DNA of 64,000 bases. It comes from Octopus sinensis (taxonomy: Eukaryota). The stretch spans positions 97,712,001 through 97,776,000 of the forward strand of contig NC_043002.1 of the NCBI RefSeq assembly GCF_006345805.1, given 5' to 3'. Numbering within the stretch: the stretch's first letter is position 1; each line of letters opens with the position of its first letter. The notes under the pieces were generated by a model, which saw only the letters and a program-made list of their open reading frames with translations, was not told where the DNA came from and did no database searches. Positions 37,730 through 48,285 of the stretch are shown in pieces. Both the position numbers and the translations under genes were made by a program.

Positions 37730-39108
37730 CTGAAATAAATTGAAATATAGTGAGATACCTTGGAATATAATGGCAATGCAAGATAAACAGTTAAAACAAG
37801 ATTTAAACATTTATAAGATACTAAAAGGCAGGTGGGCCACAACCCTCAAGCGAACTATTGATGTCTCCTCCATGAGTCTTCGGCCTTTCAAAAAAAATTT
37901 CTAACTTAATGTTTACAGGCCCTTGGCAGGTGCCCCCTTCCTAATGCCAACAGATAACAAAGAATAAAGATCAAGACAATTACTGAACTCTCCCTAATAT
38001 TAAAACTCTATTAACAGCAGTCAAATAATGGATGGATTGGAAATAGCTGAGACCGAGAGAAATAGTGAGAGAAAAGATTACTGTCAACCTTACAGGTGAA
38101 CTAAAGGTGGGAATATTTGTTTTTAGTAAAGTGATCGGAAAGACCTAAAGAAACCTTAATAAAAAAAAAAAAAGAATGAACAGATGAAAGGGATCCAGAG
38201 TTTGCAAAGGGCATTACAGGCAACTTGTGAATAAGAGTTGATAGAGGGAAGAGGCGACATTTTAGTTCTTTCACAGACAGCCTCTCCAGTGAAAGGATAA
38301 AATGCAACCAATCCATGCTAAAAAAGGGTTAAAATGTCTTGAGACCAGTCTAAACTAGACAAGCATGAAAAAAAAATAAAAGGATGTAGAAAGGGTGATT
38401 AAAACAAATAAAGAAAGGGGATTTAACTGCTTAAAAATAAAGAGGAGGGACACTGGATAAGTGCTGAGATATTCATCTTTTGTTACCTTACAGCTCTTTC
38501 TTTCCTTTTTTTTTAAGGAGTATTTTTGCTTCTGTATTCAGGTGGACATAAAGCTAAAGTGAATCTATTTTACAGCTCCATGCCAATGAGGCACAGTGGA
38601 TGAGCTTGGGTTGTGGTGAAACAGCTTGCTAATTTCTAATTAGCAGGAACTGCTGAAATAAAGGTAGCAAGAGTAACGAACTAGGAAGGATGTTCGTGAG
38701 GGAAGTTTTGCTAACCTAAAATAATAATAAAAAAATACAATGTGTATTATACTGTAGCTACAATATTCAAGATTATACACTAAAGATTTGTGATTTAGAA
38801 ATTGTTAGCAAATATTCATAGGTGCAGTATTTTCTAAACTTATGAAGAAGCCTAGACTTTGTTAAGCTGATTCGGTTTTGTGCAAGTGGGGGATCATTAA
38901 CTATCCCCTTCAACTTCTTTTTCACCTTTTCCCAATTGAATTGATCTGGAGAAAGGAGTTATAGCTGTGGCCTTCACAGGTCCACTTAAATTAGAATTTG
39001 ATGAACAGAATATCCCATTACTAACATTATATAGAAACTGGAGTTTAAGATGGTTGGTAAATGCATTAATAGGAATTAATCAGTTTATGATAAATTTATG
39101 CTACTTAC

Positions 39109-39242
39109 TTGTCTAACGAGTCCATATTTGAGGTGTTCATTTCATAAACCACTCCCCAAACAACATCATGCTTTGATTCAACAATCGTGGCAGCATGCCC
39201 ACACCAGGTAATAGATTTATGTGCAAATTTTAAACAATAATT
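39109..39242 (-). CDS. GGCT: GGCT middle coding exon (NYCLKFAHKSITWCGHAATIVESKHDVVWGVVYEMNTSNMDSLD-K)
   Basis: Read by hand (not in ORF track). TTTCCAG acceptor, 134 nt, AA|GTAAGT donor (phase 2). W.G..ATI and VWGVV motifs of GGCT. Confidence 0.9.
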
Positions 39243-40207
39243 CTGGAAATATAAAGCAAACTTAGTTACTCAATGATGAATTCATTTTCTTTTTTTTTCT
39301 TTTGCATGATAGAAGACATACATGTTAACTCAGCAATATATGTGTATTCAACTCTTCAACAAGACACCTGTTCATCTACCATACTTTCACATCTTCCAAT
39401 GCTACACTTCACTTAGTTGAGTGGGTGCAAGTACTTGGTGAACTCATTTGTGTTGTTACCATCTAAAAAGCACCTAGTATACTCTGTGAAGTGGTTGGCA
39501 TTAGGAAAGGCATCTAGTCATAGAAACCATGCCAAAACAGACATTGTAGCTTGGTGCAATCCTCTGGCTTGGCAAGTCCTGTTGAACTGTCCAACCCATG
39601 CCAACATGGAAAAAGGAACATTAAATTATGATGATATATATCTGACTGTGTTCAAGAAGCACACTTCACACACACACACACACACGTATGCATGTGTGTG
39701 TCTGTGTGTGATTGTATGAGACAGAGTGAATTCATCTTTGTTTTGACATGAGAGCCAACTGATTATGAACAAAATCTGAGATGTATTTTCATGAAAATCA
39801 CAACAACAACAAATTCTTATTCTTTGAGAAATTCTAAGCAAAAATATTAGAAAACCTTTAAAGATGAAGATATTTAATGAGAGAAAACAACAAATTAACA
39901 ATTACTATGAAATTTTGCAATGCATTGTAAATCCAAACTCTAAATCCTAAAGCTATCCCCATAATGGTTTCAGTTAGTTGGTATAGGCACACGTACAAAT
40001 AAAATAGTAATTGCAATTGTTTGCTGATGGATGGATGGATGGATATATCTGATTGGCTACAAGTATTTTCTCAAAAAATGTGGATTTCCATATTGTTGAG
40101 AAAGAAGAAATCAAATTAATTAAAAAATTTCAATCTTGGAAGATTCATAGCTTACTATTAATTTCTTCCAGAAAAGGTTGTGATTTTCTCTAAAAATTCT
40201 AAAAATT

Positions 40208-40705
40208 CAGGCATGGCTGTGTGGTAAGAAGTTTGCTTCCCAAACACAAGGTTCCAGGTTCAGTTCCCTTGCATGCCATCTTGGGCAAGTGGCTTTGGTA
40301 ATCAGAAACTGAAAGAAGTTGTACAGGAGCAGCTGCATGGTAAGTAGCTTGCCTACCAACCACATGGTTCCAGGTTCAGTCCCACTGCATGGCACCTTGG
40401 GCAAGTGTCTTCTACTATAGCCTCAAGCCGACCAAAGCCTTGTGAGAGGATTTGGTAGACGGAAACTGAAAGAAGCCCGTCATATATATATATATATATA
40501 TATGTATGTATATGTTTGTGTGTCTGTCCACTCAACACCGCTTGACAACGAATGCTGGTGTGTTTATGTCCTCATAACTTAGCAATTCGGCAAAAGATAG
40601 AATAAGTACTAGTCTTGCAAAGAATAAGTCCTAGGGTCGATTTGCTCGACTAAAGACAGTGCTCCAGTATAGCTAGAGTCAAATGACTGAAACAAATAAA
40701 AGAAT
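40208..40705 (+). mobile_element. SINE family A, double-headed composite
   Basis: Two heads (40208, ~40330) followed by body and tail. Confidence 0.8.
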
Positions 40706-40770
40706 ATATATAGGTGTGTATGTGTGTGTCTCTATGTGTGTTTGTTCCCAATTATTATTATTATTATTAT

Positions 40771-40854
40771 TCAGGGCATAATGGTTAAGACCATGGGCTA
40801 CTAACCCCAAGATTCCAAGTTCGATTCCAGGTAGTGGCCTGAATAATAATAATA

Positions 40855-40902
<48 letters not shown>

Positions 40903-41045
40903 TCGAGGAATACCTTGGGAATGAGAACCTAGGTTTGAAATTTCCCCAAGATACCTGATGAAGGCTGGAGGGTATATCAGCCGAAGCATGTTAACAACAA
41001 ACAAGATGAGGACAAATATCCGTCAAATGTAAATAATGTAAATAC
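40771..41045 (+). mobile_element. tRNA-headed, (AAT)n-linked, hammerhead-tailed SINE-like element (antisense in GGCT intron)
   Basis: A-box-like TAATGGTTAAG, B box GTTCGATTCC (40819-40828), (AAT)n 40842-40900, CUGAUGA-A-GGCUG..CAGCC-GAAG at 40955-40986. The 3' part matches 28170-28282. Confidence 0.7.
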
Positions 41046-41063
41046 AGAGTATATTTCACTTAC

Positions 41064-41168
41064 CTCCAACTTAGCAACTGTTTTAAAGATTGCCGTTTTG
41101 TTATTGATGAGTAGCCGTTCTTTGAGGAGATTACTTCCAAAAGCAAAGTAGAAGAAAGTGCCAGTCAT
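41064..41168 (-). CDS. GGCT: Gamma-glutamylcyclotransferase, first coding exon (MTGTFFYFAFGSNLLKERLLINNKTAIFKTVAKLE)
   Basis: YFAFGSNL matches the GGCT N-terminal YFAYGSNL motif. Ends at GAG|GTAAGT donor (phase 0). An upstream TTTTAG acceptor at 41193-41194 implies an additional 5' exon. Confidence 0.9.
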
Positions 41169-41939
41169 TTTTTCTGTACCTTGGAAGTTTTGCTAAAATT
41201 TTGGTTCTTTTTTTTTTTTTTTTTTTTTTTTGGTTAACCTCCACACATTTCTGTCAGTAAAATGAATGAAGATATACGTGACCTGAGTTTATATTTCTAT
41301 ATCTGGCACACATTAACCATTATGATAACAAAGAAGAAACATGTTAAATGGTACAAAATTAGGTAGAACGTCACACTAAATATCTCTAGATATTCAAAGT
41401 CCAAATGTTATCACAATTATGACCAAAGTGATTTATACTTCTAGATACAGTTAAAAAAGCAAAAAAAAAAAAACAACAACAACAAAACAACACAAAAACT
41501 ACATTTGTTTACTGGGGGATAATTCATGCTTTGTAAAAATGTAATGAATGTGACAAAGCACAATTAGGATAGCTAAGTTGTTCAGTAAGTGGTGTAAATG
41601 AATAATAAAAGCAAAAAAAAAAAAAAAACACACAGTCTAATGGTAATTTGTTCATGGGAACAATTTTGCTAGGAAAACGGAAAACAAACATTTATACTAG
41701 AAAGTCATTCAGACTATAATGATATGACAAAAAAAAAAAACACCAATGTTCTAGTTTTTACTTACAAAGGCAAAGGCACTGGTATAGCTGTTAGATAAGA
41801 AGTTTGTCAACCACAGGATTTCAGGTTCAGTCTAACAGCCTGACACCATGGGAATGTCTCTTCTATTATGACTCAGGGCCAACCTAAGCCTTGTGATGGA
41901 TTTGGTAAGCAAAAACCAATAGGAGCCCATTGTGTGTGA

Positions 41940-41979
<40 letters not shown>

Positions 41980-41983
41980 ATAT

Positions 41984-42344
41984 TAGGGAGTATAACTCCA
42001 AACTTACAGGGGAAAATTCAATTTAGTATTAAATCAAGTTTCACAGTATAAATATATAAAATATAAATTAGAGATAAAACCATTAATATGCAACTCAAAC
42101 ATTGATAGACATAAACCAATACATAAATAAATAATATATATTTTCATAAAACATATAACTAGATCTGAAAAAGTATAAAAATGAATAATTAATATATGAT
42201 ATATTAATTAATATATAATATATAATTAATATATCATAAATTGATTATTCATTTTTATACTTTTTGAGATCTAGTTATAAGTTATATGTTTTGTAAAAAT
42301 ATATATTATTTGCTATTTATGTATTGGTTTATGTCTATCAATGT
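41984..42344. mobile_element. Related fold-back element (tail + ~95-bp inverted arms)
   Basis: ACATTGATAGACATAAACCAAT at 42099 is inverted at 42323-42344; the tail resembles 34350-34450. Confidence 0.7.
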
Positions 42345-42540
42345 ATTGGGATAGAACCTTTAGAGGTATAGGGGACAGGTATCTATTTGTGTGAGTCTGA
42401 ATAGTGGTGTTGCTTTGCATGCACAGAATGCAGGATATGCCAGTTGGTGCGAGACTGAGGCAGAGATTGACGAGTGAGTCCATGAGTGCTGAATGAGTCA
42501 GTGACAGGGGCAGTGAGTGAGCATGCAAGGGTATATACAC

Positions 42541-42773
42541 AAGGCGGCGAGCTGGCAGAAATGTTAGCACGCCGGGCGAAATGCTTAGCGGTATTTCGTC
42601 TGCCGTTACGTTCTGAGTTCAAATTCCGTCGAGGTCGACTTTACCTTTCATCCTTTCGGGGTCGATTAAATAAGTACCAGTTACGCACTGGGGTCGATAT
42701 AATCGACTTAATCCATTTGTCTGTCCTTGTTTGTCCCCTCTGTGTTTAGCCCCTTGTGGGTAGTAAAGAAATA
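42541..42773 (+). mobile_element. SINE family B
   Basis: Full length; GGTATATACA on both flanks. Confidence 0.9.
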
Positions 42774-43676
42774 GGTATATACATAAGTGTGATAGAAAGT
42801 CCTGCTGCTGTGAAAAAAGCTGAGGTGAGTGAGTGTGTGCATTCTCTATCCATGATATTAGCAAAAGTTTTCTTGCAGGATTGCATTTTGTGTGAAAATG
42901 CCTTGAAAGGGGTGCAGAAGTGAAATGTGTCTGGTGTTGTTGTCGTGAGCATTTGCTAAGATTAGCCAGAACGACAACAGTGTAGTATGCTGGCGCGTTG
43001 CGTAGGATAGACAATTTTCTCTATTAACTTCATGGCCAACCTGGGGTCGAACAGAGGTAAGTTGTGTCTGACAAGGGCGCAGAGAGCATGGGCTGACATC
43101 CGACGGACACAGAATTGAGACAAAGATATGAGTGGGCACAGACATGAGAAAATGACTGTAAAGGCACGATGTTGTGGTGCATATGTATAAGTGGATGCAG
43201 TCATGCAGGTTTGTGTGTGAACGGTGAGGAAAAGTAAAATTTTGTTTTTGTTTCACAAACAAAATACAGAGCAGTGCATAAATGGGTCAGCGCGTGAAGA
43301 AAGAAATTGCAGACAGTCAAAAGGAGAACATTTAGCGGAAACCATGTAATAAAAACAGGTGAACAATGCGTGTGCGGGAAATGTGCAATGCCAATGGCCA
43401 ATGAGAAAAACATATAGAAATATAGAACATTCAAAAATATGTATTTGAATTTAGTTGTTTTAGTAAAACAAGTCGTCGAGGAATTAAGTGTTACGTGTGA
43501 ACAAACGAAGGAGCGAAGTGCAAACAAAACAGAATGAAAATGACAAACTTGGCTGGGAAATGTCCTGGTCCTGAAAAGCTAAAAAGTAGCATTTGAAATG
43601 CAAAAATATATGCATGAAAAGAAAGTTCAAGTCTATGTACAAAATTGTGATTTTCTCTAAAAATCCTATAGCTTTA

Positions 43677-44040
43677 GGCATGGCTGTGTGGTAACAAGTT
43701 TGCTTCCCAAGCACAAGGTTCCAGGTTCAGTTCCCCTGCATGCCATCTTGGGCAAGTGCCTTCTACTATAGCCCTAGGCTTGTGAGTGGATTTGGTAATC
43801 AGAAACTGAAAGAAGTTGCACAGGAGCAGCTGCATCGTAAGTAGCTTGCCTACCAACCACATGGTTCCAGGTTCAGTCCCACTGCATGGCACCTTGGGCA
43901 AGTGTCTTCTACTATAGCCTCGGGCCGACCAAAGCCTTGTACTATAGCCCTAGGCTTGTGAGTGGATTTGGTAATCAGAAACTGAAAGAAGTTGTACAGG
44001 AGCAGCTGCATGGTAAGTAGCTTGCCTACCAACCACATGG
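43677..44040 (+). mobile_element. SINE family A heads in tandem (local duplicate of the 40.2 kb composite)
   Basis: Shares diagnostic GGTAATCAGAAACTGAAAGAAGTTG.ACAGGAGCAGCTGCAT and the upstream flank with 40178-40440. Confidence 0.8.
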
Positions 44041-44453
44041 TATGCAGGTTATATGCAGGACTGCATTTGCAAATGATTGTAGATGTTTCTTTCGCGGCTG
44101 TGCAATGTAGTAGAGTGCATCCTGTAACAGGTTGAAATTGTATGATGGGTATCCATTGCGTCAGCAAGTTCTTTTCCATCAAGTTGTGTGACAGTTGAAA
44201 CAGAAACAATGTATCGTGCAAGTTGCTATTCTTATCTTTGATGTGATGAGCATGATGGAAAGGCTGTTGTTCTTGGTAACTTTGGGGGTCACAAATTATA
44301 GTGGGCTGGATGAAAGATGTGATGTCTGGTCGAATTGATGCAGCCAACTATCAAATGTAGCTTGTAGATGTAAAGCTTAAAGGTTCTTGCATCAGAATAA
44401 CCAGTGAACATCAAAGAATCAACACCAAGGAGGAAGAAATATTATTTACATAT

Positions 44454-44710
44454 ACTCTTTTACTCTTTTACTTGTTTCAGTCATGCTGGAGCACCGCTTT
44501 TAATCGAGCAACTCGACCCCGGGACTTATTCTTTTGTAAGCCCAGTACTTATTCTATCGGTCTCTTTTGCCGAACCGCTAAGTAACGGGGGCATAAACAC
44601 ACCAGCATTGGTTGTCAAGCAATGTTAGGGAGACAAACACAGACAAACAAACACACACAGGCATATATATATATACACATATATACGACGGGCTTCTTTC
44701 AGTTTCCGTC
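44454..44710 (-). mobile_element. SINE family A, 3' part
   Basis: Tail and body only. Confidence 0.8.
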
Positions 44711-44959
44711 AGAGTTTCTACAGCTAGATGCCCTTCCTAATGCCAACCACTCCAAGGGTGTAGTGGGTGCTTTTACATACCATTTGAGAAACACAAAACA
44801 AAGCGACGAACATATTTTGACAAATTAAATTTAAATGTTGAAGTGAGTCTAACGGCTTTTGTGTGTTTCCACTCTGCAATTGTTTTCGTTCCAGCACACG
44901 ATCTCAGATCAGGTCACTTGCTATGCGAGTACATCTCCGTAATTTTAATAAATGTTTAA

Positions 44960-45180
44960 CCCTTTAGCATTTAAACCGGCCATATCCGGCCAAAAGTATT
45001 CTGCCTGTTTTATGTTCAAATTGGCCAGATCTGGTCTCTCACACCAACCCTACAATATTATTTAAAAAATTAACAGCTACCCGATCAAAATCTCATAGCT
45101 ACAAGATGATGCTTGATTAGTTCAAAACAAAGTGGATGAAAAAGCATTAATTTTGGCAGAATAATGTGAACACTAAAGGG
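44960..45180. mobile_element. TTAA-flanked piggyBac-like MITE (subfamily 1)
   Basis: TTAA|CCCTTTAG...CTAAAGGG|TTAA. Confidence 0.8.
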
Positions 45181-45330
45181 TTAATCCAAAACCATTACTA
45201 TTTAGATGGACCAATTAAGTAGTTAACTAAACAAACAAATATTTAATCCAACCGTTTGTTATATAATTTTATATATACATCACAAACTGTAATCGATTAT
45301 ATGTTGAAGTACACAAATATATATATATAA

Positions 45331-45363
<33 letters not shown>

Positions 45364-45469
45364 TACATGTAATAAATATACACATACATACGTATAGTCA
45401 TATAAATAGCCACACATACATATATATACTCATAGATCGTTTATTTAAAAAAAAAAAAGAACTTTTTTT

Positions 45470-46718
45470 GAACTGCTATTTCTATTTTTATTTCTTCCCT
45501 TCTGTTGTGTTTTTATTCTCTTTTTTGTGTCTTATTTTATTACATTTCGAACTGTTATTGAACTTTACGTTAAAATGGCAAAAGAATTTACTGTGTGGGA
45601 GTTTACACCTCCCAAAAAATATTTGAAAGAGCTGGAGGAGAAGACCGTGGTACTGAGGACTTATTCGAAGTCGCTCGACACCATAGCCGTCTTCCCAAAG
45701 GCCACCATACTGAACGAGCTGGCAGATTACATGCCAGCCGTTAAATTTATCGCACGGGGAGTGAAATACGCAACAGTTTGGTTGCTATTTGACTCCCCAA
45801 AAGAAGCTTGCGATTTTTCAAGCCAGCCCATTGAGGGCAAAGAAATATTGTTTCTCCCAAATTACAAAGGAGAAAAATTATTGAGAGCCTGGATCTGCGG
45901 CTTACCACTCGGTGTTGAGCCCGAGTGGATAGAGGATTCTATCCGCCGGGGCCTGGATGGTAGCAGTTCCAAGCTGCTGAATGTAAAAGTGCTGCCTGCG
46001 GCTGATTGGGAGGGGTCAAAAGCTGTTTTGACCCTATGGACCCAATCAGCCAAAAGTCTGGTTTTTCCGGACTTTTTGAGGATGGCCACATTAAGAAGAA
46101 CTGCCCCAGGGACCAAAGTAGGATCCTGGAGCAGGAGAAAGAGAAAGCTGCCTCCAAGAAAAGAAAAAGAACGGTGAGCAACCAGCGACCCCCGCGTCTG
46201 CCGACAGAGCCCCCTGGGCTCGCAGCCTCAAAAAGAAAGAGGAAAAAGAGGAACAGAGGACGGGCGGCGAGTGTTCCTAGGCCGCCGATGGAGCCACAGG
46301 TGGGATGTGTGCCACCTGCAGACAGGGCACCATCAGTGGGAAGTGTGCCACTGACGGATCAGTGTGAGGTCCCTTCCTGTGAAGAGGAGTTGTTTATCCT
46401 CCTTTACCACAAGGGAGGGAAGGTGGAAAAATTTTTGAATGGCTTGGGTGACCGAGAACGTAAGGACACGGTCGGCTCAAGTAGTCCGTTATGGCTTCCA
46501 CGGGTGGCTGCGGAGGTAGTAAAGGAAAACATTTTGTCAAGGGTCGCAGCGACCTTTGACAGGAAAGAATTTACTTTTCTCTTTGCAGGCCTCGACTTGT
46601 CGTCGCAGAGTTGTCTGCAGGCGGCAAGGCACTTTGCTTCGGGGACCTGACAGGGAGAATTGTTGTGAATTTATGTGCTGCCCTTGTGGCAAATTAAATG
46701 AAAGAAAGAAGTTTGTAA
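45470..46718 (+). mobile_element. ORF1(gag)-only non-LTR element, Tx1/L1-like, internally deleted
   Basis: ATG 45575 opens an RRM-like ORF. After a frameshift at PDFL| the frame gives GHIKKNCP (second half of a CCHC knuckle), a basic region and a stop at 46650. The tail GCCCTTGTGGCAAATTAAATGAAAGAAAG follows ~30 nt later. 5' boundary uncertain. Confidence 0.7.
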
Positions 46719-46936
46719 GAGGTCTTAGTGCCTCCTGCATGTAAGAGGTTTGAAACCTCATATCGATTTTTTGAAAATAAAGAAAAAAGAAAATTGTCTT
46801 AGAGAAGCGGAAGTCAGCGGGCGCTTTCGTCTTCTCCCATCACCATCTTCATTCCATCACCATCATTCATTAATGTCTATGTCCAGCCCGCAGCTACTAT
46901 CTGTGTAATGCCCTTGTGGCAAATTAAATGAAATAA

Positions 46937-47314
46937 AGTAGCTTGCTAACCAACCACATGGTTCCCAGTTCAGTCCCATTGCGTGGCATCTTGGGCAAGT
47001 GTCTTCTGCTATAGCCCCGGGCCGACCAATGCCTTGTGAGTGGATTTGGTAGACGGAAACTGAAAGAAGCCTGTCGTATATATGTGTATATATATATGTG
47101 TGTGTATGTGTTTGTGTGTCTGTGTTTGTCCCCCTAGCATTGCTTGACAACCAATGCTGGTGTGTTTACGTCCCCATTACTTAACGGTTCGGCAAAAGAG
47201 ACCGATAGAATAAGTACTGGGCTTACAAATAATAAGTCCCGGGGTCGATTTGCTCGACTAAAAAGGCGGTGCTCCAGCATGGCCGCAGTCAAATGACTGA
47301 AACAAGTAAAAGAG
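46937..47314 (+). mobile_element. SINE family A (head slightly truncated)
   Basis: Body and tail intact. Confidence 0.88.
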
Positions 47315-47334
47315 TATATATATATATATACACA

Positions 47335-48285
47335 CATAAAAACAAAAAAAATAGTGTAATAGGTGTAAAACAACTTCCTCTAAACAAATATGGCAAAAAA
47401 AAAAATGCGCGCTCGCGAAAGGGTGTGTGGTGGGGGAGAGGCCTCGGAAAATTCACATCGTGAATTTCCGAAAGTGTCTGAAGGTCTGACCCGGGCACAA
47501 AAACAAAAAAAAAAATAGTGTAATATGTGTAAAACAACTGGCACTAAACGAATATGACAAAAAAAAAAAAAAAAACGCGCACTCGCGAAAGGGGGGGGGC
47601 GGGGGAGATGACTCGGAAAATTCACATCTTCAGTCCATGGCCTTTCCGAAAGCGTCTGACTTGGGCACGAAAACAAAAACAAAAAATAGTGTAATATGTG
47701 TAAAACAACTTGCACTAAACGAATATGACAAGAAAAATGCGTGCTCGCGAAGGGGAATGGGGGAGAAGCCTCGGAAAATTCACATCGTGAATTTCCTAAA
47801 GCGTCTGAAGGTCTGACCCGGGCACAAAAAAAAAAAAAAAAATAGTGTAATAAGTGTAAAACAGATTGCTCTAAACGATTATCAAGAACATACACACACA
47901 AAGAGAAATGTATTTCTTTACTGCCCACAAGGGGCTAAACATAGAGGGGACAAACAAGGACAGACAAAGGGATTAAGTCGATTACATCGACCCAGTTGTA
48001 AACTGGTACTTTATTTATCGACCCCGAAAGGATGAAAGGCAAAGTCGACCTCGGCGGTCGACACACACAGAGAAATGGTTGGTTCAAGGTAAGTGTGCAC
48101 TGAACTGAATTTAAATAAGCAAGAAAGATGTGAATTTTCCGAGTCGTCTCCACCCCCTTTCGCGAGCGCGCATTTTTAATTTGTCATATTCGGATCTATT
48201 CGTTTAGAGGACGTTGTTTTACACCTATTACACTATTTTTGTTGTTGTTGTTTTTATGACCGGGTCAAACGCTTTAGTTTAACCA
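47335..48285. repeat. Same element: ~4 tandem units, SINE B insertion, then an inverted terminal unit
   Basis: 48125-48283 is the reverse complement of 22125-22290. Confidence 0.78.
47911..48058 (-). mobile_element. SINE family B, 5'-truncated, with ~17-bp TSD
   Basis: ACACACAC(A)AGAGAAATG duplicated on both sides. Confidence 0.85.

Noticed and set aside
38082-38096. 15-bp identity to RPS15A exon (TGTCAACCTTACAGG) in a GGCT intron
   Set aside because: A few 15-mer matches are expected by chance in a 64-kb self-comparison; the match does not extend.
40771-40840. Functional tRNA gene (also heads of SINE families A-D)
   Set aside because: A/B boxes are present, but I could not fold a full cloverleaf, and each head continues into repeat body sequence.
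42850-44400. ORFs of 108-165 aa (42858, 43201, 43850) as host exons
   Set aside because: No recognisable motifs and no consistent splice frame; probably decayed TE sequence plus SINE heads.
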